A stretch of 64,000 nt of DNA from Octopus vulgaris (lineage: Eukaryota). Position 1 is the first letter of the stretch. Each line of letters opens with the position of its first letter. The position numbers and the translations under genes were made by a program. Location: the NCBI GenBank assembly GCA_951406725.2, contig OX597814.1, forward strand, positions 72,478,001 through 72,542,000, read 5' to 3'. Below the pieces are notes generated by a model. It was given only the letters and a program-made list of their open reading frames with translations, had not been told where the DNA came from and ran no database searches. Of the stretch, positions 1-13,919 are shown piece after piece.

Positions 1-50
1 GCTAAGCATTTTTGCCCGGCGTGCTAATGATTCTGCCAGCTCACTGCCCT
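1..50 (-). mobile_element. 5' end of tRNA-derived SINE (family A)
   Basis: Reverse complement GGCAGTGAGCTGGCAGAATCATTAGCACGCCGGGCAAAAATGCTTAGC matches the head of the copy at 2058. Confidence 0.75.
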
Positions 51-53
51 AAT

Positions 54-128
54 AATGATGATGGTGGTGGTGGTGACAGCGGTGGTGGTGGTGGTGGTGG
101 TGGTGGTGGTGGTGATGATGATGATGAT
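54..128. repeat. (GGT)n/(GAT)n microsatellite
   Basis: Directly visible. Confidence 0.95.
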
Positions 129-1000
129 ATATTTTAATATTTCGTGGATAATATATAGTTTATAACTTGTCAATTCTTAGTTTTGTTTATTATCCATTGT
201 ATTACCTACATATTAATTTTATTGTATTGATCATGGAATGATGAAAGGTGTTTTCACTTTTGAAACATTTTGCTTTGCAATTTACCACACTACCACCACC
301 TCTGCATCAAGAACAACTAGAACCACCACCATCATCATCTATTGATATTGGAAGAGTACAATTTATTTCTGCTAACATTTCTACAACAGCCTAGAACTCT
401 TCTACATCATGTTAAGATCACTATTCCATCTCCCCACCTTTAGTCCAGACATGAATATAATACTATTAAAAATATCATTCATCTGAAATACGCTGGAATG
501 CACACCAACTGTATTAATTTCAGAAGAATTCCAACTGTTACACTCTGAGTGTGGCCACCTTACTTACCTCATCAGTTTTTTTCTAACATGGAAAAGCAAT
601 ACCACAGCAATCTGAGCCCAAGTATGCTTCTTGCCTACTGGACTCTCAATGAAGATATGTCTGAGACAAAGTACAGCAGAAAATTCAAATCAGACTACTT
701 TTTAAACTACAATTATGTCTTTTCAAATTGTATTTTAATAAATGTGTAATTATATGTGTTTTAAAAAAAAAATTAATTGCATGCCATACAAAATTGATAT
801 GAGTAAGAACTGTTACAAACTGTTTTTCAGATTCAGTTAAAAAATTACTATATGAATCAGAATATTTTCCTTCTTGGGAGACTGTTTTTTAATTGTGTAA
901 TTAAATATTTAAGCAGTGTTCTTCAAAATATTTTTTCTTAAAATAACTAATGTAAAAAGAATACTTTTAACTTATGTTTTTTTTTGTCATTGTGTTGTAG

Positions 1001-1151
1001 GTATTACCATGCTGCTGTTTGTGTGCCCATCATTAAGACAATTTTTATTTATGGCGGTATTGTTGAAACTGGTAGAAAAATTCAGAAATATAAAGTGACC
1101 AATGAATTTTGGAAGTTTGCAGTAGAATCCAGGAAGTGGAAGAAAGAACGG
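1001..1151 (+). CDS. MEGF8: MEGF8-like internal exon A (Kelch repeat)
   Basis: Polypyrimidine tract and AG at 999-1000, GT at 1152. Translates (R)YYHAAVCVPIIKTIFIYGG...NEFWKFAVESRKWKKER, a Kelch pattern (H...hhhhGG...W). Ends phase 0, matching the next exon. Confidence 0.88.
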
Positions 1152-1669
1152 GTAGAATATCTATTATATTCATTAAAATGTTGTATTAAAGCATAAATGA
1201 TTAAATTTAGTTTATAATTGAATTAGTCATTTACTAATTTTGTATAATTTTCTCATAATTGCTATTTTCTGTAATGATTAGAGCAATTATTTTAATCCTT
1301 TCTGTACAAAAATATATGAAAGTTTCCTTAGTCATTTCTTATCAAAGTATGTGGAATCACTTGTGTTTGCTGAATTATATGTAAATCTAAACATTGCCTT
1401 AAATTGTGTTACTGCTACATAAACGACACATGATTTCACAATTTAAACATGTGTATGTAGCCCAACATTTATTCAGCATGGATTTTGTTTTTGAGAAAAT
1501 GAGAAAAAACTGAATTTAAATTTGTGGCCTATGCTTAAACTAAACGAATTTAATGTTTGTGCTAAATTTTCTGGAAAACGAAAAATTTCCTGATAATGTT
1601 ATTTCTTGCACATGTGTACAAACATGCACACAAATGTACTGTCACTCACTTTTTGTTTTCTTTTAACAG

Positions 1670-1853
1670 AGTGATTCTTGGTTGCCTGCTGTTGCTGGCC
1701 ACACACTAACATATGTGCTTGATACAAAATTGGTGGTCATTGGTGGATTTTCAACAGAGAATTATTTTCTTGATAAAGTCCTTATTTACAATTCTGCACA
1801 AGCTCAGTGGGATATATACCATCGCAAGAATCTAAGTGGTGTTATTCCTCTTG
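1670..1853 (+). CDS. MEGF8: MEGF8-like internal exon B (Kelch repeat)
   Basis: ttttaacAG acceptor and G|GTAAGT donor. SDSWLPAVAGHTLTYVLDTKLVVIGGFSTENYF...W...SGVIPL(G) resembles vertebrate MEGF8 LPAVAGHTLT...LLVGGYSPENGF (recalled, not searched). Phase 0 to 1. Absent from the ORF track. Confidence 0.92.
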
Positions 1854-2057
1854 GTAAGTAGAAGTCACTTCATTATTATTATGTGTATGCAACAAATTGA
1901 AAGATGTAAGATCTTGTTATTTTCAATTTGTTACATCCAAATGAAAACAATTCCATTGATCTTTATACTTTAATTATTCTTCTGTAAAGAATCCAGTTCC
2001 GGAGCTTACAAACTTAGGTATTAAAATTTTGATCACTGGTATGGTATTGTTTTTCAA

Positions 2058-2312
2058 GGTGGCGAGCTGGCAGAAACGTTAGCATGCTGGGCGAAATGCT
2101 TAGCAGTATTTCGTCTGCCGCTATGTTCTGAGTTCAAATTCCGCCGAGGTCGACTTTGCCTTTCATCCTTTCGGGGTTGATTAAATAAGTACCAGTTACG
2201 CACTGGGGTTAATATAATTGACTTAATCCATTTGTCTGTCCTTGTTTATCCTGTCTGTCCTTGTTTATCCTGTCTGTGTTTAGCCCCTTGTGGGTAGTAA
2301 AGAAATAGGTAT
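2058..2312 (+). mobile_element. tRNA-derived SINE family A, near full length (possibly MetaSINE-type)
   Basis: A-box-like AGCTGGCAGAA and B-box GAGTTCAAATTCC, then GTCGACTTTGCCTTTCATCCTTTCGGGGTTGATTAAATAAGTACCAG, which resembles the Meta domain as recalled. Further copies at ~28075-28240(-), ~42325-42432(-), ~51495-51690(+). Confidence 0.75.
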
Positions 2313-4386
2313 TGTTTTTCAAGATATTTTATGAACAGAAGAGATAAGCCTATTGGTTCCATTTGAAGTGTGATATAAAGTAATGAATTTGGTGTTAGCA
2401 CACATCCTGCTTTTCTTCGTAAAAACAATTTCCTTTTGTAGGCTGCATAATAGAATTAAAGAATAGAATAAACTAACTGAGTATCCTGTCATTGCTGGGC
2501 AATTTTCACTATAGAATGCCTTGGTAAACTTTCAGAACAGCATGCCTACATAAGTTGGATTTTTTCAGTTTTGATGGAGATTTTTCAAATTTATTTTTCA
2601 CTACACCTCCCACTTCTTTCTTTTTTCACTACACACTTAAAAACAATGGAAGATGCCCTTTTGGTGAAATACAAAAGGATTTTTGAAAATTTATGATTTT
2701 TTCCAAACCCACTCCACTGCTTAACACTGATTTTGACCAATTTCTTTTACACTCTGCACTTAAAAACAATGGGAGAAGCTTTGTTAGTTAAAAAAAAAAT
2801 TGGCTGGGCTGGGTGGGGTGGATGAGCGATCATCATTACAATCCCCACTTCCTTCATTTTCAAACAGAAAATGAAATGTAATTTAAAAGCAGTAGCGAAA
2901 TTTTTAAATAATTTTTTCATTAATCCACCCACCTCCTTAAATTTCAGCTTATTTTCAAAAATTTGTTTTTAATATGCAATTTGTTTGAGTTCATAATTTC
3001 ACAATAATTTTCAGGTGGAAAGATGTGTGATATAAGGGAGATTTAGCTTTTGTTTCTAACACATCCCACGACCATGTGGTACCTAACATTGTTTCTTTGT
3101 TACTCCAACATGTATTGATTTTTTTCAATATTTTTCTCCTCATAAACACATTTTATAGAATAATGATGTGGAAATGTTTTGTTTAGCTCAAGGCTGGATT
3201 TTAAGTAACAGCAGGAAGAAGTGACAGTGGAACTCAGCAAGCTGCTCAACTGTGCCAATAAAATAATGCTGAAAATATGAGACAAGGGTAAAATCCCTAT
3301 CTCTTACAGTGAACAACACAATGTGTAATTAGGTATCCCTATAGATCCCATACAGTGGAGCTAAGAACAGTTTGAGCATACAAAAATACACTTTTTGTTT
3401 CATCATTTTCTTGTCAAAATAAAAATTTTCCAAAGAAAATTATGTCATTTGAAAGTTCTGGATGTGAACTCTCTTCTCATATAGTTTTAATTAAAATCTG
3501 ACAGTTACATATCATGTGAGGGGTTCTCAAACACCCTGGTATTTCCATACATTTACGAAGTTTGTCCCCCTCCCCTTTTTCTTTTACTACTGAAATCATT
3601 CCTATTTCAATGCACTCAAGTCTCATAACTTCAGTTGAGTTTAAAATCATACTGTCATGAAGAGGAAGGTTTTTAACTTTATTTTGATATAAAATTGTTG
3701 GGAGTAGGCTGGATAATTATTACGAAATATAAAACTTAAAATTTCATTGTTAATGTTTACTAAGAAAAAGACGTATTTTCTTCAAGATTTTTGTATGATA
3801 CAAAAAAATATTTCACAAATTTAATGTGGTTATTGCTAAGTCTGGCCAGGGTATGAAGAAAGGTGCAAAATAAGTAAAGAGAGTGGTATACTGACCCTTC
3901 TTACCAAACTGACATGCATGGTGAGAGATCAAATGAAACACGAATCTAAAGCTTCAAATCTCGTGTTTGAGTCAGAATTTCAAGAAATGGATGATCTAAT
4001 TAATAAGTAAGTATATTTTTACAAAAAATGCACTAAACTGAGTTTATTAAGACTTTTCAAGCCCAAACTTAGCATGAAATGGTTATATTGATGGCGTTGT
4101 TTATTTATTCTGTTTATGAATTTGTGTTGCAAGATTCCTGATTCCTGTTGTTTATTCCCTCTTACTGTTTTAACATGTGGTGAACCATTAGGCAAACTGA
4201 GTGGATATTCTTATACATTTGTTTTACTTTGAAAGATACTGATCAAATTCCACCAATAAAAATTATATTGTGCAATGCATATAATTTTGTAGACTATTAA
4301 AGTCAGATGTGATGGGATTTTTTTTCTGATTCTGAATACAGTCGGGATAATTTGTGTCAGTGTTTACATATTTGTTTTGGGTTTTT

Positions 4387-4390
<4 letters not shown>

Positions 4391-4436
<46 letters not shown>
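4391..4436. repeat. (CT)n microsatellite
   Basis: Directly visible. Confidence 0.95.
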
Positions 4437-6389
4437 CTACTAAAGAATTTGCTGTAAGTTACAGATGTTGTTAATTCTGATTGGTCGAAAGTGTCTTCTT
4501 GTCTTGAGCTCTGATTTTCTGCCTATTGTTATTGAAACCTTTGATATGGAGTATCAAAATTTGAATCCCTTTCACACTTATAAAATGTCAAGTAAACTTA
4601 AAACTTTGTCATTACCGTTTTAGCTGAGAGACCAAACTGATAGCTTGGTAACCTGCTAAAATAAACATTAAATATTGAAAAGAGAAATAAACAGCTTTGC
4701 AAGGTTAACTCAGTGTTTATTGAACAAGAGAGGTACGAAATTTAAGAAGCCACTTGTTAGAATACACACATTTGTGAGGAGATATAAACAAGAATAGTAA
4801 AAATCTACTATACCAAAAGAACTGGTAATACATACATTACAAGTGTTCTATGAAGAGAACATAAGATTGTTGCATAATCCAACATGAAAGTTATACGGCA
4901 TTAAACATTATAAAAGGTAAATGAAGGCTTCTGTAGGAACACTAAGTTGTATTCACTTAGTGAGTTTACATGCGCAAAGACAAATTATGATGCTGTTGTT
5001 GGCAATGTCAGCGGTGATTAATTACATTGTCCTAACACAGATGAAGCGAGCAATAGCTTCCTGGAGGCAAATGCAAGCTAGACTTAAGCGGAGAAAAATT
5101 GATCTATTTAAGGAAATTGGTGGGCTCCGTTGCAATAGGTAGAAACTCTAAGCAATGTCAAACATGGCCTGGACCATGATTACCAGCATGAATATCAAAC
5201 TTCAAAAAGCAGTTAACCATTTAATGGTTTTAATAAATTTATACAGAAAAAGTAAGCATCCAGCATAAATAAAAGTCAACTTCATTATATTTTTTCTGTA
5301 AAAAACTACTCTGGCATTAAACGAGCCAACTCCCAGTACGAGTATTTACATTTGTACATCATTTTTCAACAAAAAAATTTCTAAAAAATTCTGGAAATGA
5401 TCTACTCATGTAATTTATGCACCCACTAAAGTTTATTTTGTTTTTTTATGAAAAAAATTGTGTAAATTACATGGGTTTTTACGGTAGTTTTCACATTTTG
5501 TTTGTTTTTTAATCTTAGCCCACAGGGAATTCTAAGAAAGGTATCTGGTGGTTGTGGTATGTGCTAGAAGCAATAGCTAAATCTCCCTTAAACCATACAT
5601 CTTTTTGCATGAAAATATTTTCACTTTTTTTTTTTGTTTTTTTCACTAAGAAGGCTTCTTCTATGATTAGTGCATAGTGCAAACAAAATTGGCCAAAATC
5701 GGTCTGGAGTGGGTTGGTAGTGGAAACTAATCTGAAACAAATTTTCTGAAATTTTTTTTCCATAAAAACCTTATTGCCATCATTTTCAAGACTGTGAGGG
5801 AAAAAAAATTGGAAAAATCCCTGACAAAATGGAGAAAATCCAACGGGAATCCATTTTTAATAGTCCATCAAAATTTTATTGAAATGGTATCATGCTCCAA
5901 AATCTCAGGATTTATTTAGTTCTATACCAACTAGAAATGTGCTAAAATTCAAGTCCTTGTGACTCGTAGTTTTGGATTTAACTTGGTTTGAAAATACTGT
6001 GAAATTGACAATTTGTTGCATGTAACAAAATACATAAATATTTTTAAAAACTGCTGAAAATAAGTTTTTTTTCTAAGAACCTGAAAGAAAATAGGCAATG
6101 GTCACTATTAATTTGTGTAATTTGAAGATGATTATCACTTCAATTTCAAAAATATGACACTTCAGTTTCAAAGATATGACATCACAAATATGGTTAATTA
6201 TTTCCTTTTATAAAGAAAAATTTTATTTTTCCTTTTTGCACACAGTACAAAAATCAAAAATTTTGTTAAGAAAATTGTTTTCTGCACACACGTTTATTAT
6301 TGCAACAACAGTTCTTTGGTGCTTTTCTCTGTGAGAGTTTTGTACATTCCCATACTTTTTTCCTTTTTCCTTTCTTTCCTCTGTAAAAG

Positions 6390-9300
6390 ATGAGTCTTCC
6401 TAGCTTACCCGCATACTCTGGTGATGTCACACTTTGGTTTGCTCAATTGGATGCGTATTTTTCCGCCCATGCTGTGCCTCACCAACAGCAACTGAACCTT
6501 TTGTACTGTGGAATACCTTCACCTCTTGCACGCTCAGTGAAAGATCTCATCATTGACCCACGTCCAGATGCAATTTACGCATCCATCAAATCCGAGGTTC
6601 TCCATTGGAACACACAATCTGCGGAGAATAAATTCCGGACACTGATGCAGGATGAACACCTGGGAGATAGGACACCATCTGAGTTTCTTCGTCGGTAGCT
6701 AGAACTCAATGACACTCCACTTGAGGACAATTTTCTGCTAAGGAAATTGTTTTTCTCTCATCTACCGCCAAATATCCAATTAATACTGGCCACAACAGTC
6801 GACTCCAATTTGCTTGATCGGAGAGCCACCATGGTAGACAAGATCATAAAGTTTACTGTGCAACCTGCACCTCACCATATATGTTTGGACCCCGTAGTAG
6901 CTTCCTCTACTACTACAGAGTCTCCTGCTTCATTACATGATGACATTTTGGAGAAAGTCGATGCATTAACACATTGCATGGACATACTGTGGCGAGAATA
7001 CACCAGCTCTCATCGTCCTCACAGCAGAAGCTGTTCTAAGCCATGGTTGTCTAGTTCTGCTCCAATGGTTTCCAATCTCTGATGGTACCATGCATCCAGC
7101 CCTGTTCGTTTAAATTGTCGAGAAACTAGTTGTGGAAGATTTGGGCACATCAACTTCTTCCTGAAATTTTTCATCTCATCGTTCATTCTTTGTTAAGGAT
7201 CGTGTGTCTAACAAATCGTTTATGATTGACACTAGATTCAGCTGTTCTATTTGGCCTTTGTGTCTTACTTCAGACAAGCCGAAGCAATCTGCCATTAAAT
7301 TGCACGGGGTGAATCTATCCCTGATAAAAACTTATATGGTCAGGTCTCATTAAACCTAGATCTCAACCTTCGAAGGGATTTTAGGTGGGTTTTTGTTATA
7401 GCAGATCTACCATACTCCATTCTGGGTGCGGACCTCTTAAACCACTTTCACTTGTTAGTAGATGTCAGGTGACAGAGACTTGTGGACGATTCTACGTCTT
7501 TGTTTACACCTGCTTGGGTTACTACTAATGCTGGAGATCAGTTCCACTCTCTTTTGGTTTCTTTCCCAGAACTGGTAGATCCGACTTTCAAATCAAAGTC
7601 AAAGTCACATGCTCGACTCGTGATTATATCACTACTTCTGGACCACCCATTTTTTGCGTCCACAGCGACTTGCCCCTGGTTAGCTCAAAAAGGCTCGATC
7701 TGAGTTTGAGTATATGCTTCAACTTGGCCCCTCCACCAGCCCTTGGCCATCTCCTCTTCATTTAGCATGGAAAGGGGGATTCAGATTTTCGTCTGGTGGG
7801 GTATTACAGACGTTTGAATGCAGTCACTGTTCCTAATTGCTATCCAATAAGGAATCTCTAGGATTTTTCTTCAAATTTACATGGTTGCACTAATTTTTCC
7901 AAAGTTGACCTCATCTGGGCTTATCATCAAATTCCAATGAACGCTGACGACATTCCAAAAACTACCATTACCACCCCTTTTGGAAGTTTCGAGTTCCTGT
8001 TTATGAGCTTCAGTTTGCGTAATGCAATGAACACATTCCAGAGGTTTTTTGACGAAGTGGTCTGTGGACTTGACTGTGTGTTCGCTTACATGGATAATTT
8101 GCTCAGAGCTAGCGACATGCATGAAAATCACCTCCAACATTTATCTCAACTTTTTCAGCGTCTTCACGTCTACAATGTGCGAACCAACCCCAATAAGTGT
8201 GTTTTCAGACTGACCTCTCTGGAATTCCTAGGTCATTATATTGACTCTAATGGTATCTGACCTCTCTCCTCCAAAGTCAATGCAATTCAATGCATCTCTC
8301 CTCCCACTTCTTTACGCCAAAAATTCATTTCTTGAGAATCTTCAACTTCTACAGGATTCATACCTAAATGTGCACACAAGTTACTTTACTTGACTTAACT
8401 ATTGAAAGCAAATAAAAAAAAAATTCTATTACTTTATCTGCCGAGTCATTATCTTCTTTTGAGTCAGTCAAGAAGGAAATAGCTACTGTTCCTTTACTTG
8501 CACATCTGGTTCCTGATGCTTGTCTCTCTTTAACAGTTGATGCATAGGATTCTGTGGCCAGTGCCATTTTACAACATACCATTGATGAGCAAACTTGACC
8601 TTTGGCATTCTTTTCTTGTCAATTAAAGCCAGCTGAACGTCGTTACAGTATGTTTGATCATGAACTTTTAGTGATCTACCTGTCGGTTTGTCATTTTCAA
8701 CATCAACTTGAGGGCTGAGATTTTGTGATTTGCCTATCTTCCACTTCTGTCTACTGAGGGCACAATCCTTTGTGACACAGCTACTGCTTCTCCCAGACCG
8801 TTTGTACCTGTGAACTACTAGCATTCCGTTTTTGATGCCTTGCAGTCACTGTCACATCCTGGCATTGCTGCCTCGGTGAAGCTTATTATGGCTCAGTTTT
8901 TCTGGCCTAATATATGCTGGATGATCACCAATTGGGCACGCTCTTGTGTGAAATGCTAGTGTTCTAAAATCCACACGCACATTCGTGCTCCTCTTGGACA
9001 ATTAATCTGGTTGGACCATGGCCTGTCAGTTGCAGTTTCTTTTACATATTGACATGCATCGATTATTTCCCTCGTTGGCCTGAAGCTATTCCAATAGTGG
9101 ACATTTCCACCGAGTCAGCTGCTTGAGCTTTCGTTTCTAATTGGATTGCTCATTTTGGTGTTCCAGCTAAGATAACCACTGACCGTGGACACCAGTTTGA
9201 AGCTGCCTTATTTCGTGAATTATCACAAATCCTAGGTGTTCATCACATTCTTACAACCAGCTGCCATCCAGCTTACAATGAGATGGTCGAACATTTTCAC

Positions 9301-9560
9301 AGGCAACTGAAAGCTACTCTTCACACCACTCCTGATCTGCAGTCTTGGACAGAATTCCTGCCTATCATTCTTCTTCGTTGTCGCACTGCCATTAAGACAG
9401 ACTTAGGTTTCTCCTGTGCTGAACACCTTTACAGTACAATCTTGGCACTTCCTGGTACAATGTTAGCTCCAGCCAATTCATCACATCCTGATCCAACATC
9501 GTATGTCATCAGACATCGCTCATATTTCTCGAGATTTTCACCAATGTATCCGTGTGACCA
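6390..9560 (+). mobile_element. Decayed Ty3/Gypsy gag-pol
   Basis: Gag WFAQLDAYF...LGDRTPSEFLRR, protease-like FMIDT, RT DIPKTTITTPFGSFEF...NTFQRFFD...AYMDN...LEFLGH, RNase H LTVDA, integrase TTDRGHQF...MVEHFHRQLK. Order is RT-RH-INT, with many stops and frameshifts. No LTRs recognised. Confidence 0.92.
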
Positions 9561-10499
9561 TTGATACAATGGTATTGCTTAGAGGCTGAGATATTTTGTA
9601 CTCTGCCATACCACTTTTGCAACCTTGCATCCCCAGCTTTTGCTACCTTGCATTTCCCACTCAGTAAGCTATTGTTTAACTCCTTATCACTCATGGCCCT
9701 CTATCTATCATTTCTTCACCACCTGCACTGGCAGCACCATCCCTTTTACACTGACACTATATTGCTTTACACTCATTCCCATATCCAATACACTTTAACT
9801 TCACCATGCTGTACTAAAAACAAGCACACATTCTCCTCTGGGCCACCTGTAATATTACTCATCACTCACCTCTATCTTTATTTCATTGCCCACCCTTGTC
9901 TTTGTCCATCTCTGCCAATCACTCACTGCTAACTTCACTCTAAATATCCCTGCTTATTCATCATACTCTTGCTCCTTTCACCCACCCAGCCTTACCTTTG
10001 ACCATTTCTGCTATTGCCATTCACTCCTCTCCTGACTGCACTCTTGACTATTCTTACCTGTTTTACATCACATAATCACTCCTTACATTCTACCTCCCAT
10101 TCTGACCCTTCTGATGTCATTGCTCCTTCTTTTGCTCCCCTCCTCAGTCATCTGAGCAAATATACATGCTCTGGCTTATTTTTTTCCCCTCTATCCATTT
10201 CTGGCCTTTTTGCTGCCATTATTCTTTCTTTTATTCCTTTTCTCAGTCTACACACTATAGATTATTAAGAACTTTCTAAATTCATTGTGTGCATGGCACC
10301 TCCATGTCTTGTGCTAGTGCTATGGTGGAACCTGCTATGCTCCTTCCATATGTGAATGATAAGTGAGACTACCTCTCTAGCACCGGTGCCATGGTAAATG
10401 CTCCAACTGCTCATTGAAAATAGAAATGATGATGATGACAGTGATGGTGGTAGTGGCAGTGGCAATACAGTATGAGTGCTAGATGAGAAATTCATGCAC

Positions 10500-12400
10500 T
10501 GAAATTTTATAGCATTATATTTTTCTTTTTTTATAAATCCACATTTGTACATTTGTGGTAAATATGCTATCAATAACAGTAGCACATTTTGACTATTAAT
10601 TAACAATGGATGTAACATATCAGTTTCATATTTTAACATCTTAAAACAAAATTGATTCTAATGATATTGGTAAAATAGTTTGTGCTGAAATTCCTGATCC
10701 TGAAACACAGTCTATGCATCATCAAATATTACCAAGGTATATGAGACATGGACCCTTGACATGAAAATCCAAATGCACAATGAATGAAGAACAGTAGTGA
10801 GTGTACAAAAAACTATCCCATGATAACAGAAAATAGACACTAATGTAGATGAAGATCCAGTATACAAAAGATAACAAGAACAATAGCTCGAGTTTGAAGC
10901 AGAAGTGAGGACAAAGAGAAATGATGTTCCATATTAGCAATTATCCTTTTTATACAACTGTAGAGGAAAGCTATGTTTTTGAAAATTTATAGGATAAGAA
11001 TGTGTCACTGATTTACCAAATTATTGATTTTTAAATAATCAAGTTATTCAGCTCCATGAAAAAAATTGTCATAATAAAAAAAATTATGTCATTGGATCAA
11101 GGTTAGGACTAGGTATATTTAAATTAGTCAAAGGACTATTATCATCATGGGGAAATGCTCAGAAATCCATTTAAAATAGCTCTCCATCTTTATTTGAAAC
11201 TATCACGGCTACTTCTTCAGCTGTTGGTAAGTTGTATCATCTCCTGCATGAATTTCTGTTTCTCCAAAATAAATAGCAATTTTCTATCAGAGCTTTCATG
11301 TTTTCTTTACACTTTTATGAATACATTATTTTCTCTTATGAAATTGCCAGGATTTCATTTTGAATACTTTTATTCAGACAGCCATGATCATATCTATCAT
11401 TCATCCTTGTATAATTTGTGTTACTAGAGTCAACTACATGGAGTGATGCAAACTGTCACTGCTCACCTTCATTTGGGTGCATGTTAGATACATGCTGATA
11501 GATTAGACCATGCACTCTGAAATGATAAGAATCACATGTAGATGGTTCAGCAATCTCTGCACCCATGGATCATCATCATCATCGTTTAACGTCTATTTTC
11601 CATGTTAGCATGGGTTGGATGATTTGACTGAGGTTTGGTGAACCAGATGGCTGCACCAGGCTCCAATCTGATCTGGCAGAGTTTCTACAACTGGATGCCC
11701 TTCCTAATGCCAACCACTCCGAGAGTGTAATGGGTGCTTTTACATGCCACCAGCATGAGGGCCAATCAAATGGTACTGGCAACAGCCATGCTCAAATGGT
11801 GCTTTTTATGTGCCACCTGCACAGGAGCCAGTCCAGCAGCACTGGCAACAACCTCACTGGAATGTTTTTTCAGATGCCTCCAGCACAAGTGCCAGTAAGG
11901 TGATGCAAGTAATGATCACGCTCAAATGGTGCTTTTTACGTGCCATCGGCATGGAAGCCAGTTTGTTGCTCTGGCAACAATCATGCTCAGATGGTACTCA
12001 TAGCGCTCAAGGAAAAATGAGATCTAAGAGTGTCCTTGAATTTTTGAGAATGTATATGTTCTGAGTTGCTCATTCACTCCTATAAATATTCAGAGGGATC
12101 TAGCTGATACAGTAACAAACTTTGCCCTTGTGACAACAGTTGTTAAATTTCCCATCATCAGAACATTCTGGTTAAATGTTTAATGCACCACAAAACTGGC
12201 ACTTAATTCTCATTTCTCCACAACTATGTTGCTGATTTTCATCTTCTTTACTTCATATTGCCTTCTAATTTCTCTGCATGAAGCAATGTATCTCAACCAC
12301 TTTTCTATTTTCCTTTTCTTTTTTTGTCATTTGGAAACACCTAAATGAAAATACTTGTGTCTTTTGTTCATTTTTATGTTGATGTTCTTGCAATAAATAT
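10500..12400 (-). mobile_element. Decayed Helitron Rep/helicase N-terminal region (interrupted)
   Basis: Minus strand reads HSCGEMRIKCQFCGAL..PECSDDGKFNNCCHKGKV (~12120-12230), SMGAEIAEP...HFRVHGLIYQHVSNMHPNEGEQ*QFASLHVVD (~11430-11568) and PNLDPMT (~11090). These match Helitron motifs CC..GKV, FRIHGQIYH and AQLY. Left boundary uncertain. Confidence 0.8.
11570..12010 (-). mobile_element. RTE-family 3' UTR fragment with (GAT)n tail
   Basis: Reverse complement matches 54700-54930 and 25430-25660 (GGAAGGGCATCCAG...CAACCCATGCTAACATGGAAA...GATGATGATG). Confidence 0.85.
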
Positions 12401-13329
12401 CAATTACATCACTATGAATTTTTTAAAATATTTAAATGCTGTACATTTTCTTGGAGAGCATCCAAAAAGAAACATCACAATTTGAATGGTCAGTGAAATG
12501 GTTGAAATCTTGCCTAATTAGCCTATAATGGAAGGAAGGTTTTTATTATACTTTTGGGGTATCTTCTTCCATTATAATTATGCTGTTGAATCAAGGAGCT
12601 GGAAATATTAAGAATGAAGTTCTCAGGCAGAGTAAATTCAATAACCGTTTATGCCCAGGTGCTTCATACAAGGGATTTGCTTTCAGTAACCATCTTTACA
12701 GTAGTGCATAGTTAGCTTTCTCTCCTATACATGCGAGGTTCAATAACCTCTGGAGACAATGCATGTGGTATCACAGTGAGACAAAAGTCCGCTGTGAGCT
12801 CCTGGCTTCGAAGTCTTGCTCAGTGTCAGCGTGAGAAGAATGAGAGGGAAAATCTTGTTTTTTCCTTAAATAATGGTTGCAGGCAAGATCTCATTTTTGT
12901 CTTGCATATGGCAGTGGTTGCAGGTAAGATCTTGCTGTTTCAAAATGGTGTTAGCTTCTTTGTGCCTCCTGAGAACACCAATGGTGTTGGCTTCTTTGGC
13001 TCCCTCCTGAGAACACCAGTGTGAAAATAGAGAATAACTGGAGCAGGCACAAGGAAGGAGCAAAGATGGTAATCGATCACAAACAACAAAATATGGTACA
13101 AAATGTGACAAGTCAAAAAGAAAAATAATTGCAAGAAATATAAATCGGCATGCACAAAATTTGACAAAATGTTCAATGGCAGTGAATTGGAATTATTCAG
13201 TAACACAAGAAAGCAATTGTCTGTCACAGGAAACACAAAAGAGATTGTCAGATATAAATAGTTTTGGTAAGTTTTGTTAGTGTTAGGTGATGGTGTGGTC
13301 AAAGGTGCATGTGCAGGTGGATGTGTAGG

Positions 13330-13560
13330 TGGTTGTAAGGGATCAAAAGTGGGTGGGCGTGGCCGGAGTGTCATCGAAGGGTGTGTAAACCTCAAAATAT
13401 GCCTTTTTAAGTCTGTCTACTGATACTGCCTCTGCCCGACCATTGATGTCGAGACTAAAAGTTTTGGGTGTGTGCGATAGCACACGAAGCGGTCCTTTAC
13501 ACAAGTCCACTTGTCAATGTCTGGTGGGATGTGCTTTGTCATTGGAAGTTGTATCTTCTA
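13330..13560 (-). mobile_element. Gypsy integrase C-terminal (GPY/F) fragment
   Basis: Minus strand reads KGPLRVLSHTPKTFSLDINGRAEAVSVDRLKKAYFE. The region 12750-13330 may be its 3' UTR or LTR. Confidence 0.7.
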
Positions 13561-13919
13561 TGAAATAAAAAAATATTATCTTTGGTGGCTTGAAGATTTG
13601 CTAAACTTAGTCCTGTATAAAGTTGTTTGTAGTTATCTATTTGATATGCAATTCTATCAAAATAAATAAGGGTGTTTGTAATAAATTCACACTCCATGGT
13701 ATACATCTTAATTTTATTTTTATGAGTTAATATAACAGATGAAAGACTAATGACTGCAACCATGATATACTATAAAGTATATTAAATGTTTTTGTAAGTC
13801 TATGCCATGATCTTCTGTGTTAGCAGTGCTTTTTACATTATTTTGTTAAGGTTATTTCTACAGATATTCTGTAGAAATTATAGCCAGCTCTGATTTTTGC
13901 TATAACGATTTTACAGTCA

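Noticed and set aside
2472-3000. Non-autonomous Helitron-like repeat
   Set aside because: Only a vague terminal resemblance, with no diagnostic hairpin or CTRR end verified.
4921-5142. Short ORF as an additional host exon
   Set aside because: No Kelch or EGF similarity. Exons B and C already join in phase and colinearly with MEGF8.
6200-10400. LTR pair around the first Gypsy element
   Set aside because: No direct repeat, PBS or PPT recognised by eye. The downstream 9560-10260 region is CT-rich low-complexity sequence.
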